Below are positions 1 through 13,100 of a stretch of DNA of 64,000 nucleotides, piece after piece. The number at the start of each line of letters is the position of its first letter. The stretch's first letter is position 1. The notes beneath the pieces were generated by a model. The model was given only the letters and a program-made list of their open reading frames with translations, was not told where the DNA came from and did no database searches. The position numbers and the translations under genes were made by a program. Source of the stretch: Malacoraja senta (taxonomy: Eukaryota); the NCBI GenBank assembly GCA_038087875.1, contig CM075994.1, positions 6,512,001-6,576,000 on the forward strand, read 5' to 3'.

Positions 1-122
1 TCTATTTTCGGTACAAACCAGTATATGGTTGCCAAGCCGGGCAAAATGACTCCGTGTTTAGGTTGCCTGGCGGCGCTTTGAGTGGTCAGTGGCACCCGGG
101 CAACCGCTAATTTCGAGCCCTG
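1..122 (-). mobile_element. One end of a non-autonomous hAT-like DNA transposon (runs off the window)
   Basis: Minus strand starts CAGGGCTCGAAATTAGCGGTTGCC, a hAT-type terminus; the other end is not visible. Confidence 0.45.
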
Positions 123-149
123 GAGTCACATGAACACAAGGTTAAAATA

Positions 150-815
150 CATGGTCCACTGCCAACTTCTGCGGCGAGGGACAGACCGTGTTCCATGTGT
201 ATATGGAGTGTGAGATGCTGCAGCCCCTGTACCAGTATCTGAAGGGGCTGCTCCTCAATTTCTGGCTGTATTTTCGTTCCACAATTTTGGTATTTGGGCA
301 AAAGGTAGCGAGTAGGGAGGGTGGATCGGGAGGGTGGAGCCTCCATGTTATGGGTCTACTTCCCCACAGCCATCAGGCTATTAAACTTGGCTCGGACAAA
401 ACTATGAACATTAATAGCCCATTATCTGTTATTTGCACTTAATCAGTTTGTTTATTTATTCATGTGTGTATATATTTATATAATGATGTATGGACACACT
501 GATCTGTTCTGTAGTCATGCCTTCTATGTTCTGTTGTGCTGAAGCAAAGCAAGAATTTCATTGTCCTATCAGGGACACATGACAATAAACTCACTTGAAC
601 TTGAACTTGAACTACGTCCGTGCCTGCGTGTCCCTGGAGAGGGAACACACTCACGGTTTCCACGAGGCCTTCCGTGAACGCTGGTCGCCGCGGGGGAGTG
701 TATTGTAGACAATGGTGGTACAATTATATCACAATGACTGCCTGATGTAATGTGACTATTGAAATTGAGTACTTTCTGCTCCACTGAATAAAGCTCCTTG
801 AAAGAAGGGAGAAAA
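150..815 (+). mobile_element. Tx1-clade LINE 3' remnant, interrupted by a Rex-Babar fragment
   Basis: FHVYMECEMLQPLYQYLKGLLLNFW and YVRACVSLEREH resemble the Tx1 ORF2 C-terminus; AATAAA near 787. Confidence 0.6.
355..613 (+). mobile_element. Rex1/Babar-like LINE 3' end
   Basis: FPTAIRLLN-type ORF end, gacaataaac, (TTGAAC)n tail. Confidence 0.6.
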
Positions 816-887
816 ATGGCCCACTGACATTCTCCCCTTTCAAGCCACAGAGAGATTTATGTGAACTGGATGCCATTGGAGGAGAGG

Positions 888-1305
888 AAACAGAAACATA
901 GAAAATAGGTGCAGAAATGGGCCATTCGGCCCTTCGAGCCATTCAATATGATCATGGCTGATCATCCAAAATCAGTGCCAAGTTCCTGCTTTTCCCCCCC
1001 ACATCCCTTGAATCATTTAGCCCTAATACCTAAGTCTAACTCTCTCTTGAATACATTCAGTGAATTGGCCTCCACTGCCTTCTGTTCAGATTTACAACTC
1101 TCTGGGTGAAAATGTTTTTATACCTAAGTCTAACTCTCTCTTGAATACATTCAGTGAATTGGCCTCCACTGCCTTCTGTTCAGATTTACAACTCTCTGGG
1201 TGAAAATGATTTCCTCATCTCAGTCTTTAATGGCCCACCCTTTAGACTTAAACTGTGACCCCTGCTTCTGGGCTCCTCCAACATGGGGAACATTTTCCCT
1301 GCATC
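888..1305 (-). mobile_element. CR1 LINE 3' fragment with an internal 94-bp-period tandem duplication
   Basis: (TTTCTATG)n-type tail on the minus strand; 1026-1114 repeated at 1120-1208. Confidence 0.8.
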
Positions 1306-1485
1306 GGAAAACACAACTCACCACGATATACGATGCGATAAAATTCAACCCTGATCTGGACACTGCAAGGGCAAGTACGAACGAAGGAAAGGCGCTCTCC
1401 GCCCAACGTTTATCGTCCGACACACGAAACCTAACCACCAGCTGGAATTGTGCCTTGAATTTAGTTTAGTTTAGAGATACAAATG

Positions 1486-1740
1486 GCGGCGCAGCGGTAG
1501 AGGTGCCACCTTACAGCGCCAGAGACCCGGGTTCGATCCCGACTACCGGTCCGCTGCTGTCTGTACGGAGTTTGTACGTTCTTCCCGTGATCTGTGTGAG
1601 TTTTCTCCAACAACTTCGGTTTGCTCCCACACTCCAAAGTCGTAATTGGCTTGGGGTTAATGTAAACATTGTCCCTAATGTATGTGGGATGGTGTTACGA
1701 TCGCTGGTCGGTAGACTCGGGTTCCAGTCAACAATGGGCC
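1486..1740 (+). mobile_element. tRNA-derived SINE
   Basis: A-box-like GGCGCAGCGG and B-box GGTTCGATCCC; same family recurs across the window. Confidence 0.75.
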
Positions 1741-1780
1741 ATTGTGGGCTTGGTTATCTGTTTTGTTCTTGCCTTATCTT

Positions 1781-4230
1781 AGGGGCGGCACGGTAGAGTT
1801 GCTGCCTCAGCGCTTGCAGCGCTGGAAACCCGGGTTCGGTCCTTCTACGGGTGCTGTCTTTTTTTTAATTTTTTTTTTTTTTAATTATTTTTATTAGAAG
1901 TACGGTAAATTACAGTAATACACAACACTTATATCTTAATACATTTTTTATACCGCTTCATTTTTTTGAGCTTTAAGAGAAAGATAGAAGTAAGAAAAGT
2001 AAAGAAAGTGCGCAAGAGTCGTGAGGGGCAAGAGAGTGTTGTGAAAAGAAAGCCCCTTAGAAAAGAAGTTAGAGAAGGAAGTAAAGTAAGAAAGTAGATC
2101 CTAGAAAAGAAAGAAAAAGAAAGTAGGAACAATCGCAGAAAGGGAACCACCAAACCAAGTCTGTTTTTATTGTTTTACCTCCCATTACCAGGTCCTGATA
2201 CCATTTCTTTATTTATTTATTTTTTAAATTACTATTGCACCTCATGCTTGTAATAGGTCCAAAAACGTAGACCACGTCTTTTGGAATTGGTCTGCTTTCC
2301 CTGCTAAGAGGAATCTCATCTCTTCCAGATGTAATGTTTCCAACATATTTGATGTCCACATTTTTATTGTTGGTGTGGGCGCATTTTTCCAGAATTTAAG
2401 TATGAGCCTTTTTCCCATTATTAGCCCGTAATTGAATAAGTTCTTCTGATACACGTTTAATTCAGGGATACCTTCCGATATTCCAAAAATGATCCATTCT
2501 GGTTTTGGTACCAGTTTTATTTTAATTAATTTTGAGAAAATATCAAATATTTCATACCAAAAATTTTGGATTTTTGTACAAAAAACAAAAGAATGCGCAA
2601 TGGTAGCTTCTTGACATAGACATTTATCACAGATTGGTGAAACATTAGGAAAGATTTTATTTAATTTAGTTTTTGAATAATATAGTCTATGTAATGTTTT
2701 GAATTGGATGAGTGTATGTCGTACGTTGATCGAACAATTTATGCACCTGTAGTAAGTGGTTATCCCAGCTCTCTTTTGAAATTTTTATAGCTAATTCTTG
2801 TTCCCAGTCTCTTCTAATTCCTTCTGTTGTGGGTATTTCTATGTTTTAAATGATATTACATAAGTACGATATTAGATTAGCTGATTCCGCCTTTGTCTTC
2901 ATTGCTTCATCTAGTAAGTCGGAAGGCATATTATGATAGTCTTTTGTGTATTTTTTCAGGTAATCACGAATTTGTAAATATTTAAAATATTGATTATTTT
3001 TCAGATTATATTTCAGTTGTAGTTGTTGAAATGATAGTAATTTTCCCAATTCATACAGATCTTCGAGCGTTTTGATTCCCATTCTTTCCCATTGTATAAA
3101 TGATTTGTCTATGGTTGAAGGTTTAAACGATGGGTTATTAACTATTGGTATTGAGAGAGATAGGTTTCTTAATTTTAGATTCTGTTTTATTTGTTTCCAT
3201 GTTCTAATTGTGCTATTTATAATTGGGTTTTTATTATAATTTTTATTATTCAAATTTATTGGAGAGAGAATAATCGCTCCTATATTACTCGGGGAACAGT
3301 CCCCTTTTTCCATTATAATCCAGTCCACCTGCTGGGCAGAATTGTCCAGCAGGTGAATCATATTTTTAATATTTACTGCCCATTTATAATACATAAAGTT
3401 AGGGAGCGCGAGACCCCCCAACTCTTTTCGTTTATTAAGGTGTGCTCTTTGTATTCTATGGGATTTATAATCCCATATAAAATTTGTAATGTCTGAGTCC
3501 AATTTTTTGAAAAACTTTTTTGGGAGATATATAGGTATTGATTGAAATAGGTATAGGATTTGTGGTAAGAAAATCATTTTTATAGCATTTATTCTGCCTA
3601 TTAAGGACATCGGAAGTGTTTTCCAGAATTTAATCATATTATTTAATTTCTTAAGTAAGGGATTATAATTGGCTTTAAACATATCCTGGTAATTTCTAGT
3701 AATTTCAATTCCCAAATATTTGAATTTTTCTGTAGCTATTTTAAAGGGGAATTTCCTGAGGTGTGTTGAGTCTTTTGGTTTTATCGACATAATTTCACTT
3801 TTGTTCCAGTTTATTCTATATCCTGAAAAGGATCCAAAGTCCTCAATTAAATTTAATATATTTGGTATACTAATTTGTGGTTTTGTGATGTACAATAGTA
3901 CGTCATCGGCATATAAGGATATTTTGTTATTTGAATATTTTGTATTATAACCGTAAATATCCATGTGTGTTCTTATTTTTTCAGCAAGGGGTTCAATTAC
4001 TAAAGCAAATAACAGCGGTGATAATCTACGGGTGCTGTCTGAACGCAGTTTGTACGTTCTCCCGTGACCTGCATTCTCCCCGTTATCTCCGAGATCTTCG
4101 GTTTCCTCCCACACTCCAAAGACGTACAGGTATGTAGGTTGCGGAGATCGCTGGTCGGTGCGGATTCGGGGGCCGAAGGCCTGTTTCCCCGCTGTATCTC
4201 TAAACTAAACTAAATTGAATTAAACTAAAC
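1781..4230 (+). mobile_element. tRNA-derived SINE split by an L1 insertion (head 1781-1859, body 4041-4230)
   Basis: The halves are contiguous once the L1 and one TSD copy are removed; (CTAAA)n tail at 4200-4230. Confidence 0.8.
1860..4024 (-). mobile_element. 5'-truncated L1-clade LINE (RT C-terminal half, 3'UTR, poly-A)
   Basis: LSPLLFALVIEPLA, LYADD, SGYRINWNKS, GRINAIKM motifs; poly-A at about 1860-1895; TSD TCTACGGGTGCTGTCT at 1844-1859 and 4025-4040. Confidence 0.92.
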
Positions 4231-4239
4231 AAAACCTCC

Positions 4240-4400
4240 AGTCCAAAACCCTCCATCTCTACTTTCAGTCTGAAGAAGAGTACCGACCCGAAACGTCACC
4301 CCGGCCTTTTTCTCCAGAGATGCTGCCTGACCCGCAGTTAACCCAGCACCTTGTGTCTATCTTTAAACTCAACAAGCATCTGCAGTTCTTTGCTTCACAT
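4240..4400 (+). mobile_element. Penelope-derived short repeat with a hammerhead motif (4270-4297, stem II mismatched)
   Basis: CTGAAGAAGAGTACCGACCCGAAACGTC followed by the family body ...gcatctgcagttc. Confidence 0.7.
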
Positions 4401-4789
4401 CACGCCACGGCAGAACTTACCTTTTCACTTCTATAATACTGAAGAAATGAAACACGAGAGAAGCTCACACATCGCAAGAGAAGTCATCGTATTGACAATA
4501 CAACGCAGAGAATGGCTGTAATTAATGCTTTTACTGTATAAATCACTAATAAATTACATGCCAAAGCAGGGGAAAGAAAATTAGTTATTAGTCTGAAGTT
4601 TATATTCAGATAAAGAGAACTTCTCATGTTAATGAAGGATATAAGGTTTGGGTCTGAAAAGCATTGGTGTGTTGTCAGTGAATGCAATTAGATGGTATTA
4701 TATCCTCATTCCTTTCCTCCCTAACCCCTCCTCACTCCCCTCACCTCCTCCCCTCTCTCCCACCACCAACCACCTCCTCTCCCCATCCC

Positions 4790-5126
4790 CTCCTCCAGAG
4801 TGTGTCCCAGCGCAAATTGTAGGAGCAGCACCTCATATTATGCTTGGGTAGTTTATACTCCAGCAGTATGAACATTGATTTCTCCAATTACAGATGGTCC
4901 TTGTTTTCTCCCTCCTTCCCCTCACCTTCCCAGCGTTCCCACAGGCTACCGTCTCTGCCTCTTCCTTTCTTTTTCCCATCACCCCGCCCGACATCAGTCT
5001 GAAGACGAGTCTCGATCCGAAACATCACCTATTCCTTCGCTCCATTGAAGCTGCCTCACCCGCTGAGTTCTCCAGCGTTTTTGTCTACCTTCGATTTTTC
5101 CAGCATCTGCAGTTCTTTCTTAAACA
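4790..5126 (+). mobile_element. Penelope-like element 3' end (GIY-YIG tail plus decayed hammerhead at 4999-5026)
   Basis: EQHLILCLGSLYSSSMNIDF-like ORF end; terminus gttctttcttaaac. Confidence 0.7.
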
Positions 5127-6930
5127 TTTGGACACATCGGCATCACTATCTGGTGGCTGTAGGCAGCAATGCAATGAACTGAACATCCTGACATGCATGA
5201 GGTGGAATAGTGATGGGTCCCTCAACACAGGAGCGAGAAATAAACTGGTAGAACTAAAAAGATAAAGAAGTATTTGTGGACGATAAGAGTTTAAGTTCGA
5301 GATCCAGAATCAGGACGAAATGATGCAGGATTGCAGATTGCAGCATCTGCAGACTTTTGTGACTCCTTGAATTCAGGACTTCAACATCAATATCAGACAT
5401 TTTTTTTCTAATGTGCAGCAGGACCGACAGGGTCAGGGCAAATTTCGACCAGAGACTCGGAATGCTAACTCAGGTTCTCCCTCCACAGATCCTGCCTGAT
5501 CAACTGTGGACCCATCCCAAGCCCACTTGACTATCTCAGCTTTGTCCACCCACACAACAGAGGTCTGGGCTCAGGCAAAAAGATCTGAATCTGAGATTTT
5601 GCAACCCACTTTGTTGAGAGTTGGGAATGCTGATTACAAATCTGGAAGAGTACGGACATGGGGATGGAATGACAACAATACTTGAGTGAGGAGCGAGGAT
5701 TATTTGCTAACGTTGGAGTCAGGAAGGGAAGTTTTGTGTCGCACAGTTTAGGGAGGGAAAGTCATGAGGAGTGATATAGATGCAACCCTAGGTTAAGGAC
5801 AAGAAATAATTTCATTACTCCACTTCGGTACATATGACAATTAAAAACTCATGACTCTTTCTTTCTCTTGTGTTGAGGGCAGTGATTAAAGTTTCACCAT
5901 GTGGATTGGGTGAAAGAAGGGAAGAAACAGAGGCAAATAATCAGAGGGGAAATTTGAGAAGGGATTGGATCATTAAAACCATACCCACTTACAATATTGG
6001 AGGTTTGTCGATTAATACAAGATACATATAATACCCTGTAGTTGAATTTGGATAATTTGCACGACCAGTAACATTCACAAGAACCGAATAGAAAGATTGG
6101 GTTTATTTGCATTATGTGATTGTGCTTCTAATACTCCAATTGAGATAAACCCATATCGGTTTGGACAGTATAGCTTGCTTTTAAACTCTGTCTGTGAATG
6201 TTCCTGTCTGCAGGTTAACTGCTGCATTTCCGTTGCAGTTCGTGGCTTTACGTCAATAAAACTCTTTGGTGTCTCCTAAAAGATATGCGAGGACATTGTG
6301 TAAATGTAAGCGGGTTGTTGCTGTACGCACGCGATCTTAGAGGGAATATTCAATCTCCGCTGCGCAAACAGGGGTAGACGAAGTAGCCGATGACCTCCGC
6401 GGGCTTGGAATGGACTTTGGCCATTCCAAGCCCGCATGTGAAGCAGAGACCGAGACCGCGAGAAAGCGAAGGGGCTCGAGCAGAGGAAAGTGGGAGCTGG
6501 TTGAAAACTGGCAGTGAGTGTTAAAGCAGCGAACGAGAGCAGGAAGCAGCACCGATACAGACATGATGTACCTGAGAGAGAGGTGAGGGAGGGATCTGGC
6601 GGCGACTGAAACAAGGAATATTCTACGAATCCTACAGAGAGACAGGCAGAGCCTGAGCACAACGGGCTCCCACATGGGAATCTGTTGTGTGGAGAGCAAA
6701 CCCTGCAAACACGCTATAAATTCTCTGAATCTGCGGACTTTAGGACCCGGGGAGCCCGGAGCTCAGGACCCGCTGCCCGCGGCTGCTGCTGAACCCGCGG
6801 CAAGGGCGATTGTTTGTCTTTATATTTTCACTAAAGTATTTCTGGTCCGTTGTCGGACGCAGTTAACACGTTGAAATGAACGGATCGACAGCTCTGATTT
6901 CAGTTGCTGTTTATTTCACTCTTCCCACAT

Positions 6931-7157
6931 TTACATTTCCCCTAGTTTTATTTCCGCGCTCACTGGAACATTACGACGCGGAATTTGAGCCATATATAGC
7001 CGACCTAATCCCTCCGATCCCAGCACACACGTTGTGCCTGTAAACCTCTTCCCGGTGTTAGGGAGACTCCTCTGGATCCGGGTACATCTCACACTCATGC
7101 GATCTTCAGACACCTCAACTAGCGGACCCGCTGTTTCCACTTCCAGGGTGATGGAGA
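6931..7157 (-). CDS. TRIM A exon 6: PRY only, fused to a 25-aa novel tail
   Basis: VSITLEVETAGPLVEVSEDR...RFTGTTCVLGSEG, then no SPRY homology. Confidence 0.75.
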
Positions 7158-10100
7158 CTGGGGGAGAAGCAGAGAATCAGAGAGTCCCCAGGGGTCGGGG
7201 GGAGACTCGGGCAGCGCGGCCCCTGGACCGGGGGAGAAGCCGCTCGGCCTCAGGCACAGGCGGGCGGGCAACTCAAACTTTGCCCAGGGTTTCACCCACA
7301 ACATTGGATGGACATAGAAACATAGAAAATAGGTGCTGGAGGAGGCCATTCGGCCCTTCGAGCCAGCACCGCCATTCATTGTGATCATGGCTGATCGTCC
7401 CCAATCAATAACCCATGCCTGCCTTCTCCTCATATCCCTTGATTCCACTAGCCCCGAGAGCTCTATCTAACTCTCTTAAATCCATCCAGTGACTTGGCCT
7501 CCACTGCCCTCTGTGGCAGGGAATTCCACAAATTCACAACTCTCTGGGTGAAAACTTTTTTTCTCACCTTGGTCTTAAATGGCCTCCCCTTTATTCTAAG
7601 ACAACAGACATCTTTCCCTGGGTTTTTAACCATGCAGGAGAGGGGAAATTCCACGGGTAATCGGGAACGGAAGGGGGCGAGGCGTGCGGACGTGGAGAAC
7701 GTGGAAAGTGAGGATGAACGAGAGTTTGCGAGTGGGGATGGAGAAATAAGGCGGGTATTCAAATATCTTGCCAGCAGATGGCGAGATTGAGGCATATTGG
7801 AAGATGAGTAGACTGGTGTTAGTGGTAATTAAAGGTGGTTAAAGAGGATGTAGAGATGTGGGGTGGAGTTGCCGTGATCACACTGAACGGGAGTGGACTG
7901 GACGGACGAGGCAATTTGCTGCTGTTTTCTTGCTTGCTTTAGAGAAGGGTAGATCTGATGCGTCTTTACAACGAAGAACACGCTGATCTCATTGTGAACC
8001 AATATATGAACATCACTGAGGGACTTGACAATGTTCCGCATGTAAGGCTGGTCCAGAAAGCGAAGGCAGGTGGGATCCAAGATGAGTTGGTAAAATGGAC
8101 CCACAATTGGCTTGGTGGTTGGAGGTGGAAGGTAGCGGTCGCAGGATTTTCTGCTTGGAGGTCTGGTGACGGGTGGTGTGCAGCAGAGATCGGTACTGCA
8201 ACCTTCGCTGTTTATTTTATATTTTCGTGGCTTGAATGTGAATGCAGGAGGTGTATCTTGTACGTTTGTGGAGAATGGGAAATGTTGTGGATTGCGAGGA
8301 AATCTGTCAAAGTTTGCAACAAGATATAGGCTAGATCATCGAAACCTTATTGTCAGGCAGGCATGGGCAGAAATCGCTTTTAAAACATGGGGGGACGCAA
8401 AGAGAGAGGGTATTGAGGGGAGAGAGGAACGATCCCACGTTAAAACGCGCCGCCGATCCATTCTGACCGCTGCCGCCGAACACCGCCCCCACCGCCGACC
8501 CCCATTTTGGCCACCGTGAACACCCCCACCCACCAAGAGCAGCACTGTGCCGCCGTGCTCCCCGACTTCAATCGACTCGACGCCTAACTGACACACGCTC
8601 CGTCCTGCGCTGAGCTGGCTGCAGGACAGATAAAATCTCGTGGCGGGCCGGATGTGGCCCGCGGGCGATAGTTTGGAGGCCCCTGATGTACGCGTACGTA
8701 TGCACACATGATACGGTAATTACAGTTAGCACTGGCTTAATTGGGAAGAGTGTAACGCTAGCTTCCTTCCGTGGTGGGTGGGAACACTTAGGGGGGTAAA
8801 GGGGCTGGAGAATAGGCCTAAGTTACGTTTCGACATACAAGAAAACATGGGGGGGATTGTCCCCCACCTCTCAAAACATGTGGGGACTGTCCCACCCACC
8901 CTCCCCCGGGATTTATGCCCATGAATGCAGGGATATCAATACTGGAGGACGCAGTTTTCTTCACACAAAGAGTGGTTAATAGGTATCAGTTTTACCTTGT
9001 TTGATGACATCAAATTTCTCTTTCAATGCAATGTTGAAGAATAAGGTGCGATCAAACTTTTCCATTGGCAGTGCGCCATCTACCACCAATATTGGTTTGG
9101 CTTCATCACTAACCCTGCAAATATTTAACAGCTGGTTATAATCTGAGCAATATTCTTTTTTGGTGAAACATACATTGTTTCAGTCAAAAGCATGTCCTAC
9201 CGGGGGGGGGGGGGCTGGTGAGCAGTGACATGTAGGGACGTGTTTTTCTGAGCTCCTGCCCAGGGCGAACTTTTTATACTAATAACTTTTTTTCTATTAA
9301 CCTCAGACGAGTTGAGTTCTATTAACCTCACCCTTGAAGAATCCAAAGAAGCCAAGTATCTTGGCATCAAATTGCAGAATGATCTGCGCTGGAATGGTCA
9401 GACTCATCATGCAACGGTGAAAGCAACAGATGTCCTAAATTTTCTGAGGCGCAAGGAGATGCTATACTTCACCCTCGTTAGACCTCATTTGGACTACGCA
9501 GTTGCAGCATGGGACCCATACACAAATAAAAACATTTCTTCCATCGAACGTGTCCAAAGACAGGCAGCTCGATTTGTTACTAACACCTATGAGAGAGAAG
9601 CGAGTGTTACCAAACTTCTGAATTCTCTGGGGTGGAACCCTCTCCAAGACAGACGTGAAGCTCACCGTTTGACCTGTTTTTACAAAATGTTAAATGGTCA
9701 GCTCGACATAGATTACAAGACCTACCCCAAACCCAAACCAATTAGGAGCAGACGAGGGCATTCGATCCAATTTAAGATTCCAACTACCAAGACAGATGTG
9801 TACAGCAATTCGTTCTCCCCCCCGCACAATTAAAGCATGGAATAATCTCCACCCTACTATAGTTACCCAACCAGATGCAACTAAATTTAAGGTAGCTCTA
9901 TCTTCCCAAAAACCCTTTCTGGCTTAAGTCCTCCCTCCACCACCTCCAGTTTAAATTCATTTGGAATATTTTGGAGGACCAAGAAACCAAGAACCAAGAG
10001 TTGGGTTTAAGATACTCATTACTGAACTGCAGGTGCACCAAATTAGCGACTTTGCATTTGCATATTGACAGTGTTGGAGACGCCATGGGCAAAACAAGGT

Positions 10101-13100
10101 CTGACAAAAACCAGGCCGCTAAAGCCTTGGGGTCCCAAGCTGGTGAGTCTGCCGACTTGTCTGAAGTGATGGCTGCCATAACAAACAGCTAAAGCAGGAT
10201 CTTGGCACGAATAGATTCAAGCACCAAAGACTTGAATGCTAAAATAGACTCTATAAGGGACGACATGGCGAAACAAGACTCCCGTTTGAAAGAGCTGGAG
10301 GGCGGTCTGAATACATACTCCGACAAGACGACGAAACTTGAGGGGGAAATGGACCAGCTAGTCAGAAGTTGCCATGCTACGCCTAAAACTAGACGACCTG
10401 GAGGGACGACAACGCCGGTGCAATGCGCGCATCATCGGGATAAAAGAGGGAATCGGGACTGCCGGAGACCAGCGGCCTACGAATGCTATCGCTAAGATGC
10501 TACGGGAGCTACTGAGCCTCGACTTCACTCCGACTCTAGACCGAGACCACCATAGCTTACAGCCTCCACCCAACGCAGGAGAATCTCCGAGGGTCATCGT
10601 GGTAAAGTTCCATTACTACCAAGAGATAAGTGAAGTTTTCCGAAAAGCTGCCCGCTTGGCCCCGCTTACCCTAAATAACAAGCGAGTGAGCATTTTCCCG
10701 GATTACACCGCAGTGGTGGCTAAAAAGAGAGCGGCCTTCTCCGAAGCTACTCCGTACCTGCCAGGGCATAAAGTTTGGAATCCTGTACCCTGCGACTCTC
10801 CGTATTTCGTTGTCGACCGGCCAAGATAAGTGGTTTGGAGACGCGTCTGAGGCGGTGGACTACATCAGGAAGAATCTTAAGCCACAAGACTGCGGTATCG
10901 ACATACTCGTATTAGCGGCTAACTGGTGTTGGCGGCTAACCGGCATTAGCGGTTAACCGACACTGATGGCCAAGTGCTGGCAGCTAGTGCAGGGGACTGG
11001 CAAGGAGTTGAGTTATAGGGTAAAGTTACGGTTCGAGTTAGACCTTATTTCAGTATTCAACAGTCATATTCCCAAATTCACGTGTAATGTTGCCTTTATT
11101 GTTTAATACAGATGTGTTTCAATAATGACTAATCCATCTGAAAAATATTCATTTTATATTTTATAAGGACATTTAGTGTTTGGAAATTATCCTGATGACC
11201 GAGTTTCACTGACCTATAAGGGACTGCTATGATAATTGTTGTACAAAATGGATGACAACAAAAATATGGACTACATTCATTTTTTGAGTTGGAATATAAA
11301 GGGAATTAATAATCCAGTAAAGCGGAGCAGGGTCTTTGCACATTTAAATCTCTGAAATCTGATATTATTTTCCTTCAGGAAACTCACCTCCGATCAAGTG
11401 AACATGTGAAACTGAAAAAAGCCTGGATAGGTCAAATATTCTGCTCCAAAAATGAGTTTAGATCACGAGGCACAGCTATTTTCATCAGGAAGGGGATTCC
11501 ATTTACCCTATCATCGACCATCACCGACCCCAGGGGAAGGTTTGTAGTTGTAACAGGCAATCTATATGGCACACAGGTGGCACTAGCCAATGTATATGGA
11601 CCAAACTGGGACGACCCATCATTTTTCTCTAGCTTCATAACATCCCTCCCAAATCTCAATGACCACCAACTGATATTAGGGGGGGATTTTAATTGTGTAT
11701 TACATCCTTATTTGGACAGATCCAACCCGAGACCGAATAGTAAAATTTCAAATTCTGGTGCTGTCATCAATTCATTTATAGAATCCTATACTCTTTTTGA
11801 CCCCTGGAGAAGAAATAATCCAAAAAGAAAACAATATTCCTTTTTTTCCCCAGAACACCATTCTTATTCAAGATTTTTTTTTTTTTCTTGTCGATAGTAG
11901 GATCCTTTCCATAGCGGCAGTCACGGTGGGACAACGGTAGAGTTGCTGCCTTACAACAAAATGCAGCGCCAGAGACCCGGGTTCGCTCCCGACTACGGGT
12001 GCTGTCTGTATGGAGTTTGTATAATCTCCCCGTGATCTTCGGTTTCCTCCCACATTCCAAAGACCAGGCACGTGCCGTCAGGGTAGGCAAGGTAGGCACT
12101 GCCTACCCTGACTAAAATTATAAAATGATAATTACTAAATATAAATAGTAAAGTCATGGGAGAATTATGCCTATCTAAGAGATCGATCTCTTAGGTAGGC
12201 ATAATTCTCCGTGCCTTTCATCCGCAGCACTTGCAACACGCGAAGGTCTGTGCAGCCCACGTCCCGTCAGCGCTGCTTCAAGCCTTCAATGATAAGGGGA
12301 GCTGAAGGCAGCTGAAATTCTGCCTTTGCTGTACTGCGCAGGCGCAGCAGCCTTCTGTGCATGCGCAGCGCTTATTTCTTGACGGGTTTTTCAAATATGG
12401 ATTGCCATTATCTGAAGAGTATCTTAGGAAACAAAGAGAGAAGAATGGAGTTCATGTACCAATAATGTGGTAAGTACATTTCTTAGTGCTATATGTTTTT
12501 AAATACCGTATTTCCTGGGGTGGGGTGGGGGGGGGGGAAGAGTTCCTTTCACAGCGTTTGGGGAGTCTGGACCGGGGTAAAGTTGCAGGGAGGGCAGGAG
12601 CGTTGTGAAGGAGGGGATCTGGATCATGCCAGTAACCCACTTGCAACGCTCCTTGCACGGAGCCACCGCATTGAGGCCGGGGGGAAGACGTAGCTCGGGT
12701 GGCTGCGAGCGGCCGCCGGGCCGGACAGCGGAACCGGCCGCCACCTCAGCGCCTTCTACCGGCCCCCGCTCACCTCTGGCAGCTCTCCGTATAAAAACCT
12801 CTCTCCTGCCGCTCGCTGGCCTCACTCATGTCAGCCGCTTCCCGCAAATCCTTAAATTCCGACAGTGCGATTGAGGTTACTCGGCTGTGGGAATTTAAGG
12901 ATTTGCAGGAAGCGGCAGACATGAGCGAAGTCAGTGCGTGGCAGGTGAGAGTGTTCAGACGGAGAGCACTGCCAGAGGTGAGCGGGCCGGCAGAAGGCGC
13001 TGAAGTGGCGGCCAGTTCTGCTGTCGGGTCCCGGCGGCCGCTCGCAGCTACCCGAGCTGCTTCTATCCCCGGCTACAATGTGGTGGCTCCACGCCTGGAG

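Noticed and set aside
1026..1208. CRISPR-like or functional repeat array
   Set aside because: Two-copy local duplication within a CR1 fragment; no spacers; eukaryotic context
1486..1550. tRNA genes at A-box/B-box motifs
   Set aside because: Each is followed by SINE body and tail; no complete cloverleaf
6276..6708. Protein-coding gene in the duplicated downstream block
   Set aside because: Frames are not conserved against 51261-51760 and no domain is recognisable
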